From the NCBI GenBank assembly GCA_046724435.1, contig JBKOWN010000070.1:1-54451 (forward strand): DNA of 54,451 bases, in the 5' to 3' direction. A program made the translations under genes and the position numbers. This DNA comes from Actinomycetota bacterium. GTDB lineage: Bacteria > Actinomycetota > Acidimicrobiia > IMCC26256 > JACDBD01. Every line of letters starts with the position of its first letter. Within the stretch, counting starts at the first letter, position 1. Below the pieces are notes generated by a model. That model was not told the origin of the DNA. It saw only the letters and a program-made list of their open reading frames with translations, and made no database searches. Of this stretch, positions 32,227 to 41,774 are shown in pieces.

Positions 32227-32796
32227 CTGGGCGTCCTGCTGGTCCTCGCGGGCCCGTCCGGGGTCGGCAAGGGGACGATCGTTCGCAAGCTCCTGCAGCT
32301 CGAACCGCGCCTGTGGTTCTCGGTTTCGGCGACCACGCGGCCGCGCCGCGCCGGTGAGACCGACGGCAAGGACTACCTGTTTCTCGATCAACGGGAGTTC
32401 GAGCGGGTCCGTGACGAGGGCGGGTTCCTCGAGTGGTTCGAGGTGTACGGCGACCTGAAAGGCACGCCCCGAGCGCCGGTCGACGACCACTTGGCGGCCG
32501 GCGACGACGTCCTCCTCGAGGTGGACGTCCAGGGCGCCCTCGCCGTGCGCGAGAAGTACCCCAATGCGGTGCTCGTCTTCGTGAAGGCCCCAACGCGGGA
32601 GGACCAGCGGCGCCGGCTCCTCGAGCGCGGTCAGGACGACGCCGCCGCCATCGAGCGCCGCCTCGCCCAGGCCGAGGAGGAGGAGCGGGCGGCGGATCGT
32701 TTCGACGCCGTGGTCGTGAACGACGACGCTGATCGGGCTGCTCGGGAGGTCGCTGCTATCCTGGACTCTCACCGGGAGGGCGAACCGCCCCCCTGA
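32227..32796 (+). CDS. gmk: guanylate kinase (start codon non-canonical or unresolved)
   Basis: The frame reads 'LLVLAGPSGVGKGTIVRKL...SATTRPRRAGETDGKDYLFL...EWFEVYGDLKGT'. The P-loop is at about 32248-32276, but the first ATG/GTG/TTG in frame is GTG 32443, after the P-loop. I place the 5' end provisionally at CTG 32227. Confidence 0.85.
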   Translation: MGVLLVLAGPSGVGKGTIVRKLLQLEPRLWFSVSATTRPRRAGETDGKDYLFLDQREFERVRDEGGFLEWFEVYGDLKGTPRAPVDDHLAAGDDVLLEVDVQGALAVREKYPNAVLVFVKAPTREDQRRRLLERGQDDAAAIERRLAQAEEEERAADRFDAVVVNDDADRAAREVAAILDSHREGEPPP

Positions 32797-32818
32797 TCCC
32801 TGCCGGAAGGTCACGACC

Positions 32819-33136
32819 ATGGCCGAACGACGCGCCTCGCTGATGGAGCCTCGGACCGAGAGCCTCCTGGACCGCGTCGACTCGAAGTTCACGCTGGTCA
32901 CGCTGGCCGCCATGCGCGCCCGGGAGATCAACGACTACTACAACCAGCTCGGCGAGGGCCTCGGCAAGATCGTGCCCCCGCAGGTCACGTCGGTCTCGCG
33001 CAAGCCGCTGTCGATCTCGCTGGAGGAGATCGAGGCGGGCAAGATCCGCGCCATCCCGAAGCCTCCCGAGGAAGATGCCGAGGCAGAGGCCGAGGCCGCG
33101 TTGCTCACCGACGCCGAGGAACCCGACAAGGCCTAG
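32819..33136 (+). CDS. rpoZ: DNA-directed RNA polymerase subunit omega
   Basis: 105 aa. 'LLDRVDSKFTLVTLAAMRAREINDYY', acidic C-terminal tail. Confidence 0.93.
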   Translation: MAERRASLMEPRTESLLDRVDSKFTLVTLAAMRAREINDYYNQLGEGLGKIVPPQVTSVSRKPLSISLEEIEAGKIRAIPKPPEEDAEAEAEAALLTDAEEPDKA

Positions 33137-33154
33137 CAGGCGCGGGCGACACCC

Positions 33155-34408
33155 ATGGCCGGGCCGAATCCAGTCGATCCCCTCGTGGCTTTGCGCGGAC
33201 GACGCGTGGTGCTCGGTGTCACGGGCGGGATCGCCGCCTACAAGGCCGTCGAGGTCTGCCGCCGGCTCGTGGACGCCGGCGCGTACGTCAGCCCCGTGCT
33301 CACCGACGACGCGCAGCGTTTCATCGGTGCGTTGACGTTCTCGGCGCTGGCATCGGAACCAGCGCGCACGTCACTCTTCGAGGGTCCCGATCCGATCCCG
33401 CACACGCGCCTCGGCCGAAGTGCGGACCTGATCGTCGTGGCGCCCGCCACCGCCAAGGTCATCGGCAAGTACACGCACGGCATCTCCGACGATCTCCTCA
33501 CGGCCACGTTGCTGGCGACGAAGGCGCCCGTCCTGCTCGCCCCGGCGATGCACGCCGAGATGTGGGAGCACGCCGCCGTCCGGGAGAACCTCGCCGTGTT
33601 GCGCGCCCGGGGCGTGCACGTCATCGATCCCGAGGAAGGTCGACTCGCCGGTGGCGACTCCGGCCCTGGCCGCCTCGCCGAGCCCGAGCGCATCGTGGCC
33701 GCGGCCGCCGGCGTGCTCGCAGGCTCGGGCGACCTCGCCGGGCTGCGCGTGCTGGTCACGGCGGGAGGCACGCGCGAGCCGATCGACCCGGTGCGGTTCG
33801 TCGGGAACCGTTCGTCCGGCAAGATGGGGTACGCGGTGGCCGAGCGCGCCGCCCGACGGGGCGCCGCCGTCACACTCGTCACGACGATCGGGCGCCTCAC
33901 TGATGCCTCCGGGGTCGCAATCGACCGGGTGAGCACCGCCGAGGACATGGCCCGGGCGGTCCTGTCGCGCTTCGCCGACTCGGACGTGGTGGTCATGGCG
34001 GCGGCGGTCGCCGACTTCCGACCCAAGGCTGTCGCGGACGAGAAGCTGAAGAAGCGCGACGGGGTGCCCGAGGTCGTGCTCGAGCCCACGCCCGACGTGC
34101 TCGCCGAGCTCGGTGAGCGCAAGCAGCCGGGGCAGCTGCTCGTCGGGTTCGCAGCCGAGACGGAGCACGTCGAGGAGCACGCGGCCGAGAAGATGATCGG
34201 CAAGCGCGTCGACATGATGGTGGCCAACGACGTGTCGGCCGCCGATTCGGGCTTCGAAGTCGACACGAACCGGGCAATCCTGCTGTACTCGACCGGTTCT
34301 CGGGAGGAGACGCCCCTGCTCGACAAGCACGAGCTGGCGGATCTCCTGCTCGATCGAGTCGCGGCGGTCCTTGCCGACGATCCCACAGGAGCGAAACGAG
34401 CGCGGTGA
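33155..34408 (+). CDS. coaBC: bifunctional phosphopantothenoylcysteine decarboxylase / phosphopantothenate--cysteine ligase
   Basis: 417 aa. Flavoprotein N-domain '[21 protein letters not shown]'. CoaB domain '[29 protein letters not shown]'. Confidence 0.94.
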   Translation: MAGPNPVDPLVALRGRRVVLGVTGGIAAYKAVEVCRRLVDAGAYVSPVLTDDAQRFIGALTFSALASEPARTSLFEGPDPIPHTRLGRSADLIVVAPATAKVIGKYTHGISDDLLTATLLATKAPVLLAPAMHAEMWEHAAVRENLAVLRARGVHVIDPEEGRLAGGDSGPGRLAEPERIVAAAAGVLAGSGDLAGLRVLVTAGGTREPIDPVRFVGNRSSGKMGYAVAERAARRGAAVTLVTTIGRLTDASGVAIDRVSTAEDMARAVLSRFADSDVVVMAAAVADFRPKAVADEKLKKRDGVPEVVLEPTPDVLAELGERKQPGQLLVGFAAETEHVEEHAAEKMIGKRVDMMVANDVSAADSGFEVDTNRAILLYSTGSREETPLLDKHELADLLLDRVAAVLADDPTGAKRAR

Positions 34409-34470
34409 CAGCGGCTTTGCCGACCGCACCGCAGGAGCCGGAGCTTGCGACGGCGACCAAGGAGGCAAAG

Positions 34471-35664
34471 GTGAGCCGTTTCATGTTCACGTCGGAGTCG
34501 GTCACCGAGGGCCATCCCGACAAGATGTGCGACCAGATCAGCGACGCCGTCCTGGACGGCATGTTCGAGCAGGACCCGTACAGCCGCGTCGCCTGCGAGA
34601 GCATGTGCACGACCGGCATGGCCATCGTCGCCGGCGAGATCAGCTCGAACGCGCATCTCGACATCCCGCGCCTGGTCCGGGACACGATTCGGGCGATCGG
34701 CTACACGGACGCGTCGTACGGCTTCGACGGCAACTCGTGTGCGGTGATCACCTCGATCGACGAGCAGTCGTCCGACATCGCGCAGGGCGTCGACAAGGCC
34801 TTCGAGCTCCGGACCGGTGACGGAGACCACTACGACGAGGTCGGCGCGGGCGACCAGGGCATGATGTTCGGCTACGCCAGCGACGAGACCGCCGACCTCA
34901 TGCCGATGCCGATCTGGCTCGCGCACCGGCTCGCCGAGCGGCTCGCCGAGGTCCGGCGGGACGGCACGCTCCCGTTCGTACGACCCGACGGCAAGACGCA
35001 GGTGACGATCGAGTACGAGGACAACGTCCCGAAGCGGCTCTGCAACGTGCTTATCTCGACCCAGCACGAGCCCGGCCTCAGCATCGCCGGGACGCTCAAG
35101 CCGGCGTTGGTCGAGCACGTGGTGCGGCCGTTGCTGCCGGAGCAGTTCGCAGGTGACGAGTTCGACATGCTCGTCAACCCCACCGGGAGCTTCGAGAAGG
35201 GGGGCCCGCACGCCGACTGCGGCCTCACAGGACGCAAGATCATCGTCGACACCTACGGCGGCATGGCCCGGCACGGCGGCGGCGCGTTCAGCGGCAAGGA
35301 CCCCACAAAAGTCGACCGGTCCGCCGCCTATGCGGTGCGGAACGTCGCCAAGAACGTGGTTGCCGCGGGCATCGCCAAGCGGTGCGAGGTGCAGGTCGCG
35401 TACGCGATCGGCGTGGCGCGTCCGGTCTCGGTGATGGTCGAGTCGTTCGGCACTTCCCAGATCGACCCGCGCAAGCTCGGTGCCCTGATCCAGGAGCACT
35501 TCGACCTGCGGCCGGCGGCGATCATCGAGCGGCTCGACCTGCGCCGCCCGATCTACCAGAAAACCGCCGCGTACGGGCACTTCGGTCGGCGCGAGCCCAC
35601 GTTCACGTGGGAGCGGACCAACGAGGCCGAGATGCTTCGCAAAGCGGCGGAAGCGCTCGCATAG
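34471..35664 (+). CDS. metK: S-adenosylmethionine synthetase
   Basis: GTG 34471 lies 5 nt after AAGGAGG. Motifs '[21 protein letters not shown]', '[12 protein letters not shown]' and '[19 protein letters not shown]'. The alternative GTG 34405 (GTGA overlap with coaBC) would add 22 non-conserved residues. Confidence 0.95.
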   Translation: MSRFMFTSESVTEGHPDKMCDQISDAVLDGMFEQDPYSRVACESMCTTGMAIVAGEISSNAHLDIPRLVRDTIRAIGYTDASYGFDGNSCAVITSIDEQSSDIAQGVDKAFELRTGDGDHYDEVGAGDQGMMFGYASDETADLMPMPIWLAHRLAERLAEVRRDGTLPFVRPDGKTQVTIEYEDNVPKRLCNVLISTQHEPGLSIAGTLKPALVEHVVRPLLPEQFAGDEFDMLVNPTGSFEKGGPHADCGLTGRKIIVDTYGGMARHGGGAFSGKDPTKVDRSAAYAVRNVAKNVVAAGIAKRCEVQVAYAIGVARPVSVMVESFGTSQIDPRKLGALIQEHFDLRPAAIIERLDLRRPIYQKTAAYGHFGRREPTFTWERTNEAEMLRKAAEALA

Positions 35665-37490
35665 CCGAACCGCGGGTCTGCCGGGTCCAACCTGATCTCC
35701 CCGCCGTCGCGCGCGCGTTCGACTATCTCGTCCCAGAGGACGTCGCCCGCGTCGTCCGCGTCGGGACGATCGTGCGCGTCCCGCTGCACGGACGGCGCGT
35801 GCGCGGTTGGGTCGTCGCCGACGGGATCCAGCCCGAAGCGGAGCGCTCGGCGCTGCGGACCCTCGCCAAGGTGGTGTCGGCGGGCCCGCCGCCGGAGGTG
35901 CTCGAGCTGTGCCGGTGGGCGGCGTGGCGCTACGCCGGCCCGCTCCCGTTGCTGCTCCGGTCGGCGTCGCCGCCCAACGTGGTACCGCCTGCTCCGGACC
36001 CGGAGCTCCATACGGCGATCTTTCCTGCGCATGCCGCGCCGAACGGTGTCGACACCGCCGTCGTCGACGCGCTGCTGACCGCCGAACGCGGGCTGCTCGC
36101 GTGGCCACCGGCAGTGGGGCAGGAGATTGGTGGGACAATGGTTGCAGACGAGGCATCCACGATCGTCGTCGCGCCCGACTCGAGCCGCGTGCGCGGGCTG
36201 GTCGACGATCTGCGGCGATACGGCCGGGAAGTGATCGTGACACGCGGGAACGAACCCGACGCGCGCCGCACGGACACTTGGGATCGGGCCCGCGCCGGGG
36301 CGTGCGTCGTCGTCGGCGGACGGGTGGCGGTGCTCGCACCCGTTCCCGACCTCGCCGCGATCGTCGTCCTCGACGAGGGCGACGAAGCACTCAAGGAGGA
36401 ACGCGCGCCGTCGTGGAACGCCCGGGAGCTCGCGCTCGAACGCGCCCGCCGCACCGGCAGCCGGTGCACGCTAGTGAGCCCGGCGCCGACGCTCGAGGCC
36501 GAGGCGTCGGCCGGCCCGCCGGCGCGCCCGACTCGTCCGTTCGAGCGCAATGGTTGGCCTCGCGTCGAAGTGATCGACCTGCGCGACGAGCCGCCCGGAA
36601 GGGGCTTGTTCTCCGACGCGCTCACCGCCGCGCTCCACGCAACGGTGGACCGCGGCGCCCGGGCGGTGTGTGTCGTGAACCGTAAGGGCCGCGCGCAGTT
36701 GCTCGTCTGCCGTCAATGCGGGCACATCGCGCAATGCGAGGTCTGCGGCGCGGCGGTCGCCGAGACGGAGACCGGCTTCGTCTGCCGGCGGTGCGGGACC
36801 GATCGGCCGCGCGTCTGCCTGCACTGCCACAGCACCCGCTTCTCCGGGCGCCGACCCGGCGTCACGCGTGTGCGCGAGGAAATGGCGGCGCTGATGTCAC
36901 GCGTGACGGTGGCGGAGGTCGACGCCGCGACCGCTGCGCTCCCGCCGGCCGAGGTGCTCGTGGGAACGGAAGCGGTGCTCCATCGCGCCGACGCGGCGCC
37001 CGCGGGGATCGAGCTGGTGGCGTTCCTGGAGTTCGATCAGGAGCTGCTGGCGACGCGCTACCGGGCCGCCGAGCAGGCGCTCTGGCTGCTCGTCCGGGCC
37101 GGCCGCGTCGTCGGAGGCCGGCGGGGCGACGGTCGGGTCCTGGTGCAGACGCGGGTTCCCGAGCACGACGTGATCGAGGCCGCTCTCGCGGCCGACCCGA
37201 CGATCGTCGCCGATGCCGAGCGCGCCCGGCGGCGCATCCTCGGTTTTCCGCCTTTCGGAGGGCTGGCGGAGTTGAGCGGCGCGCCCGACGCGGTGGACGT
37301 CGCGTGCGTCGCGTTACGGTCGGTCGACGCGGTGCAGCTGTTGGGCCCGATCGCCGTCGGGACGTCGTCCCGGGCGCTTCTGCAGGCGGAATCCGCAGAC
37401 GCGCTCTGCGACGCGCTGGCCGAGATCGATCTGGCGCCTGCCCGCGAGCGCGGCCGGCTGCGGATCGACGTGGATCCGCTCCGCGTCTGA
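35607..37490 (+). CDS. priA: primosomal protein N' (PriA), actinobacterial type with degenerate helicase ATPase motifs
   Basis: N-terminal '[34 protein letters not shown]'. Cys-rich zinc region '[18 protein letters not shown]...FVCRRCG...CLHCHS'. The start is uncertain: the only canonical in-frame start upstream of the conserved N-terminus is GTG 35607, inside metK. Confidence 0.85.
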   Translation: MGADQRGRDASQSGGSARIAEPRVCRVQPDLPAVARAFDYLVPEDVARVVRVGTIVRVPLHGRRVRGWVVADGIQPEAERSALRTLAKVVSAGPPPEVLELCRWAAWRYAGPLPLLLRSASPPNVVPPAPDPELHTAIFPAHAAPNGVDTAVVDALLTAERGLLAWPPAVGQEIGGTMVADEASTIVVAPDSSRVRGLVDDLRRYGREVIVTRGNEPDARRTDTWDRARAGACVVVGGRVAVLAPVPDLAAIVVLDEGDEALKEERAPSWNARELALERARRTGSRCTLVSPAPTLEAEASAGPPARPTRPFERNGWPRVEVIDLRDEPPGRGLFSDALTAALHATVDRGARAVCVVNRKGRAQLLVCRQCGHIAQCEVCGAAVAETETGFVCRRCGTDRPRVCLHCHSTRFSGRRPGVTRVREEMAALMSRVTVAEVDAATAALPPAEVLVGTEAVLHRADAAPAGIELVAFLEFDQELLATRYRAAEQALWLLVRAGRVVGGRRGDGRVLVQTRVPEHDVIEAALAADPTIVADAERARRRILGFPPFGGLAELSGAPDAVDVACVALRSVDAVQLLGPIAVGTSSRALLQAESADALCDALAEIDLAPARERGRLRIDVDPLRV

Positions 37491-37521
37491 CCTTCTTCGT
37501 GGCCCTTCGGGCTGAAGAAGG
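37491..37521 (+). terminator. GC-rich hairpin directly after the priA stop (terminator-like, no U-tract)
   Basis: CCTTCTTC (37491-37498) pairs with GAAGAAGG (37514-37521). An inner GCCC/GGGC pairing flanks a ttc loop. Confidence 0.5.
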
Positions 37522-37557
37522 CGGCCGGTACACTCGACGCGGCGACAAAGGAGCACA

Positions 37558-38076
37558 TTGGCGACGCATCCTGTCCGTCTTTTCGGGGATCCCGTCCTGA
37601 AGCAGCGTTCCCGCGAGGTCGAGAACGTCAACGGGAACCTGGTGGCGCTGGCCGAGACCATGTACGAGACGATGTACGAGGCCGTCGGCGTGGGCCTCGC
37701 CGCGCCGCAGATCGGCGTGCAACGGCGCATCTTCACCTACGACGTGGGCGAGGGCCCGCACACGATCATCAACCCCGAGATCGTCGCCGCCTCGGGCGAA
37801 TGGACGTTCAACGAGGGGTGCCTTTCCGTCCCCGGCATGCACTTCGAGATCGTCCGGCCCAAAGTGGTCACGCTCCGGGGCATCGGCCTCGACGGGAGCG
37901 AGATCGAGATCGAGGCCGACGAGCAGTTGGCGCGGGTGTTCCAGCACGAGATCGATCACCTGGACGGCGTGCTGCTTCTCGACCGCCTCGAGCCGGACGA
38001 GCGCAAGCGCGCGCTGCGGGCGCTCCGCGAGCAGGACCTCGCGACCATCCCGCGGAGCGCGGGTCCGGCTCTCTGA
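37558..38076 (+). CDS. def: peptide deformylase
   Basis: TTG start with AAGGAG upstream. All three PDF motifs: 'GVGLAAPQIGV', 'EGCLSVPG' and 'QHEIDHLDG'. Confidence 0.95.
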   Translation: MATHPVRLFGDPVLKQRSREVENVNGNLVALAETMYETMYEAVGVGLAAPQIGVQRRIFTYDVGEGPHTIINPEIVAASGEWTFNEGCLSVPGMHFEIVRPKVVTLRGIGLDGSEIEIEADEQLARVFQHEIDHLDGVLLLDRLEPDERKRALRALREQDLATIPRSAGPAL

Positions 38077-38092
38077 TCGCGGCGCGCCCACG

Positions 38093-38998
38093 GTGCGCCT
38101 CGTCTTCCTCGGCTCGCCCGCCGACGCGGTCGTGCCGCTGCGGGCCCTCGTCGACGCGGGCCACACCGTCGCCCTCGTGCTGACCCAACCCGACCGGCGG
38201 CGCAGCCGGGGGGGCGGCCACGATCCGAGCCCGGTGAAGCAGGCAGCGTCCGAGCTCGGGCTCCCGGTGCTCACCCCGGCGCGCGCCCGCGAAGCGATCG
38301 AGGACGTCACTGGGACGGGAGCGCAGCTCGGCGTCGTGGTCGCGTTCGGTCAGCTCCTTCCGCCCGCCTTCCTCGCGGCACTGCCGCACGGGTTCGTGAA
38401 CCTGCACTACTCCCTCCTCCCGCGGTGGCGGGGCGCCGCCCCCGTCGAGCGCGCCATCCTCGCCGGCGACACCGAGACCGGCGTGTGTCTCATGCGCATC
38501 GACGAGGGCCTGGACACCGGCGGGATCTACGCGTCGGTGTCGAAGCCGATCCAGCCGGACGAGACCGCCGGCGAGCTGCGTGAACGCCTCACCGCGCTCG
38601 GGACCGGCCTGTTGCTCGAGCACCTCCCACGCGTGCCCGAGACCGAGCCGGTCCCGCAGGTGGGCGAGCCGACATACGCCGAGAAGCTCACGGTGGACGA
38701 GTTCCGCATCGACCCGTCGCGACCGGCCGTGGAGGCGGCGCGCGCCGTCCGAGCCGGAAACCCGCGACCCGGTGCGTGGATCGTTGTCGACGGGAAACGC
38801 GTGAAGGTCTGGCGCGCCCGGCCCGAGCCGGGGGAGGGCCAACCGGGAGTCGTGCGCTCCGGCGAGCTGGTGACCGCCGACGGCGTTCTCCGACTCGGCG
38901 AGGTGCAGCCCGAAGGCAAGCCGCGCATGACGGGTGAAGCGTGGATGGCGGGTGTGCGCGGGCGCACCATCCGGGTGGAGACGGTCGAAAGGTCGTGA
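38093..38998 (+). CDS. fmt: methionyl-tRNA formyltransferase
   Basis: GTG start. 'HGFVNLHYSLLPRWRGAAPVERAIL'. 301 aa. Confidence 0.94.
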   Translation: MRLVFLGSPADAVVPLRALVDAGHTVALVLTQPDRRRSRGGGHDPSPVKQAASELGLPVLTPARAREAIEDVTGTGAQLGVVVAFGQLLPPAFLAALPHGFVNLHYSLLPRWRGAAPVERAILAGDTETGVCLMRIDEGLDTGGIYASVSKPIQPDETAGELRERLTALGTGLLLEHLPRVPETEPVPQVGEPTYAEKLTVDEFRIDPSRPAVEAARAVRAGNPRPGAWIVVDGKRVKVWRARPEPGEGQPGVVRSGELVTADGVLRLGEVQPEGKPRMTGEAWMAGVRGRTIRVETVERS

Positions 38999-40287
38999 GC
39001 AGCCGCGAGACGGCGTTCACGGCGCTCCTCAGCGTGGAGGACGGCGCGTACTCGAACGTCGTGCTCCCGGCGATGTTGCGTGACTCCGCCCTCGATACCC
39101 GGGATCGAGCGTTCGCGACCGACCTCGTGTACGGCACGCTCCGGCAACAACGCGCGCTCGACTACCTCCTCGGGCTGTCGGCCGATCGGCCGCTCGAGGA
39201 TGTCGACACGCCGACTCGGGTCGCGTTGCGGCTCGGTGCGTACCAACTCACGCGCAACGTCCCCGCCCATGCCGCCGTGGGCGAGACCGTCGCCATCGCT
39301 CCTCGCCGGTCCCGCGGCTACGTGAATGCCGTGTTGCGCGCCTTGGCCGGCGTCGGTCCGAACTGGCCGTGGCCGGGCGGCGACGATGTCGCCGCGCTCG
39401 GCGTTCGGCTGTCGTACCCCGACTGGATCGTCGAGGCGCTCGTCGCGCAGTACGGACTCGCCGACGCTCGCGCGAGCCTTGAAGTCGCCAACGAGCCTCC
39501 GCCGGTCGCGTTGCGCGTCGCCCGGGAACGCGCCACCGTGCAAGGGGTAGCCGACGAGCTGCGCGCTGCCGGCGTGGAGGTCACGCGCGGGGCCCTCGCG
39601 GACGGCGCGCTTCTGGCCCGCGGCATCGGCGACCCGGCGCGCGTGCCGGCGGTCGCGGAAGGCCGGGCGACGCCGCAGGACGAGGCCAGTCAGGCCGTCG
39701 TGGACGAGCTCGATCCCCAACCCGGCGATACCGTCGTCGACGGGGCGGCGGCACCCGGCGGCAAGGCGACCGCCATTGCCGAGCGCGTGAGCGCACACGG
39801 GCGGGTCGTCGCATGCGACGTCCACTCGGGGCGCATCCGCCTCGTCGGTTCCGCGCGGGACCGGCTCGGGCTCGATGGGGTATTCCCGGTGGTCGCCGAC
39901 GGCCGCGCGCTCCCGGTCCGGCCTGCGTGTGCCGATCGAGCACTCGTCGACGCGCCGTGCAGCGGCCTGGGCGTGCTCCGCCGGCGCGCTGAGTTGCGGT
40001 GGCGCGTCCGGCCCGGTGACCTCCCGCGGCTCGTGGAGCTCCAGCGCGACCTGCTGCGCAGCGCGGCGGAAGCGGTCAGACGGGGCGGTGTCCTCGTGTA
40101 TTCCGTGTGCACGCTCACCGGCGACGAGACGAGCGGCGTGGACGCCTGGGCAGAGCGCGAGCTCCCGCAACTCGTCGCCGACCCGCCGCCGGGCGCGCCG
40201 TGGAGACTGCGCGGGCGCGGCGCGGTCCTGCTTCCGCACGACGCCGGCACGGATGGGATGTACGTCCTACGGCTCCGACACACCTAG
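38995..40287 (+). CDS. rsmB: 16S rRNA (cytosine-C5)-methyltransferase RsmB/Sun family
   Basis: GTGA overlap with fmt. NusB-like N-domain. SAM site 'VVDGAAAPGGKATAIA'. Catalytic 'DAPCSGLGVLRRR' and 'YSVCT'. Confidence 0.9.
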   Translation: MSSRETAFTALLSVEDGAYSNVVLPAMLRDSALDTRDRAFATDLVYGTLRQQRALDYLLGLSADRPLEDVDTPTRVALRLGAYQLTRNVPAHAAVGETVAIAPRRSRGYVNAVLRALAGVGPNWPWPGGDDVAALGVRLSYPDWIVEALVAQYGLADARASLEVANEPPPVALRVARERATVQGVADELRAAGVEVTRGALADGALLARGIGDPARVPAVAEGRATPQDEASQAVVDELDPQPGDTVVDGAAAPGGKATAIAERVSAHGRVVACDVHSGRIRLVGSARDRLGLDGVFPVVADGRALPVRPACADRALVDAPCSGLGVLRRRAELRWRVRPGDLPRLVELQRDLLRSAAEAVRRGGVLVYSVCTLTGDETSGVDAWAERELPQLVADPPPGAPWRLRGRGAVLLPHDAGTDGMYVLRLRHT

Positions 40288-40296
40288 GGTGATGCC

Positions 40297-40962
40297 ATGA
40301 CCGGGGCCAAGATCGCGCCGTCGATCCTCTCGGCGGACTTCGCCCAACTCGCCGACGACGTCGAACGTGTCGCCGCGGAGGCCGACCTCCTCCACGTCGA
40401 TGTGATGGACGGGCACTTCGTTCCCAACCTCACGATCGGACCGCCGGTTGTGAAGTCGCTGCGTAAACGAACCGACCTCCACCTCGATTGCCACCTCATG
40501 GTCGACAACCCGGGTGAGCTCCTCGAGGACTTCGCCGACGCGGGCGCCGACGGCTGCACGGTGCACATCGAGCTCGGCGACCCGCGGCCGCTCTTTGCGA
40601 GTATGCGGGATCTGGGCCTGCGCGTCGGCCTCACGCACAACCCCGAGACACCGGTCGACGCCGTGCTGCCGTACCTCGAAGAGATCGACGTGTTGCTGTT
40701 CATGAGCGTGCACCCTGGCTTCGCCGGCCAGGCGTTCATCCCGTCCGTGCTCGACAAGCTCAAGGCCGCGCGCCGGGTCGTCGACGAGCGCGGGCTGCCG
40801 GTGGAGCTCGAGATCGACGGTGGGATCAACCGCGAGACCGCGCCGCGGGCGGCCGCCGCCGGCGCCGACATCCTCGTCGCCGGGAGCGCCATCTTCCACG
40901 CCGACGACCCCGCCGCTGCGGCGCGGCAGATCCGCGAGGCGGCGTGGCCCCCGCCGTCGTGA
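40297..40962 (+). CDS. rpe: ribulose-phosphate 3-epimerase
   Basis: 221 aa. 'IAPSILSADFAQLADDV' and 'HVDVMDGHFVPNLT'. Confidence 0.95.
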   Translation: MTGAKIAPSILSADFAQLADDVERVAAEADLLHVDVMDGHFVPNLTIGPPVVKSLRKRTDLHLDCHLMVDNPGELLEDFADAGADGCTVHIELGDPRPLFASMRDLGLRVGLTHNPETPVDAVLPYLEEIDVLLFMSVHPGFAGQAFIPSVLDKLKAARRVVDERGLPVELEIDGGINRETAPRAAAAGADILVAGSAIFHADDPAAAARQIREAAWPPPS

Positions 40963-40966
40963 TCGG

Positions 40967-41449
40967 GTGACCCTCCGGGCCAAGGTGCTGACGGTGTCCG
41001 ACGGCGTCGCCGGGGGATCGCGTGAGGACAAGTCGGGTGTCGCCCTCGTCGCTCGCTTGCGCGACGCGGGCTACGAGGTGGCCGACCACCGCGTGAGCTC
41101 CGACGGTCGTGACGCGGTCGCCGGCGCGCTTCGTGAGTTGACCGCGGGCTTTGCCGGGCTCGTGGTGACGACGGGCGGCACCGGGTTCGGGCCGCGCGAC
41201 CTCACGCCCGAGGGGACACGCGCCGCGATCGAGCGCGAGGCTCCGGGCCTGGCCGAGGCGATGCGGCGCGCGAGCGACGGGAACGACCGCTCGTTCGGGA
41301 TGCTCTCGCGGGGGGTCTGCGGGACCGTAGGGGAGGCCCTGGTCTGCAATCTCCCTGGATCGTCGAGCGGGGCCGTCGAGTGTCTCGAGGCGGTCCTCCC
41401 CGCCTTGCCGCACGCCCTCGAGTTGCTGGCGGGCGAGCACCCCCATTGA
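40967..41449 (+). CDS. mog: MogA/MoaB family molybdenum cofactor biosynthesis protein
   Basis: GTG 40967. 160 aa. 'KVLTVSDGVAGGSREDKSG' and 'VVTTGGTGFGPRDLTPE'. The track ORF from 40820 overlaps rpe and is over-extended. Confidence 0.85.
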   Translation: MTLRAKVLTVSDGVAGGSREDKSGVALVARLRDAGYEVADHRVSSDGRDAVAGALRELTAGFAGLVVTTGGTGFGPRDLTPEGTRAAIEREAPGLAEAMRRASDGNDRSFGMLSRGVCGTVGEALVCNLPGSSSGAVECLEAVLPALPHALELLAGEHPH

Positions 41450-41474
41450 TCCTGAAATTGAAACGCGTTACACT
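41446..41474 (+). promoter_or_regulatory. sigma-A-type promoter candidate for the rib operon
   Basis: TTGATC (41446-41451, overlapping the mog TGA), 17-nt spacer, TACACT (41469-41474), in the only AT-rich stretch of this region. It lies about 50 nt upstream of the riboswitch aptamer. Confidence 0.5.
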
Positions 41475-41524
41475 TTCGCTCGGTTAGAGTTGACCCGCTA
41501 GTCAAGAAAAGCACGAAAACAGAG

Positions 41525-41682
41525 CAGAGCCCTCGGGGTTTGGGTGCAAGTCCCGACCGGCGGTAGCCGCAGGCAAGAGTTGCACGGCCTGCGGGAGCCC
41601 GCGAGCCCACGGTTGCCAGCCGTGCGGTTGACCCGGTGCGAAGCCGGGGCCGACGGTGAGAGTCCGGATGGGAGAGGGCGTT
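41525..41682 (+). promoter_or_regulatory. FMN riboswitch (RFN element) aptamer
   Basis: It matches the RFN consensus block by block: CCUCGGGGUUUGGGUGCAAGUCCCGACCGGCGGUAG; GGAGCCCGCGAGCCC; GCCGACGGUGAGAGUCCGGAUGGGAGAGGG. P1 is CCCUC (41530-41534) with GAGGG (41674-41678). It sits immediately upstream of ribD. Confidence 0.95.
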
Positions 41683-41774
41683 CGGCTGTGCGCCGCGCAC
41701 GGCGTGCCGCCGCGGCGTCCCCGCGCCCGAGGTCTCGGCCGCGATCGAGAGATCACTGAGATCGAGGTGCGCCG

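Noticed and set aside
32127-32260. The idea that mihF and gmk are fused by programmed +1 frameshifting at the mihF TGA, which would explain the missing gmk start.
   Set aside because: I can see no slippery or re-pairing-compatible codon before the stop (…TTC GGC TGA T…) and no stimulatory SD-like element at the right spacing. Both proteins are normally separate. CTG initiation or a sequence error is more economical.
34405-34470. A GTG at 34405 (GTGA overlap with coaBC) as the metK start.
   Set aside because: The extra 22 residues ([21 protein letters not shown]) are non-conserved. GTG 34471 has a perfect AAGGAGG 5 nt upstream and begins right at the conserved MetK N-terminus. I kept 34405 only as an alternative.
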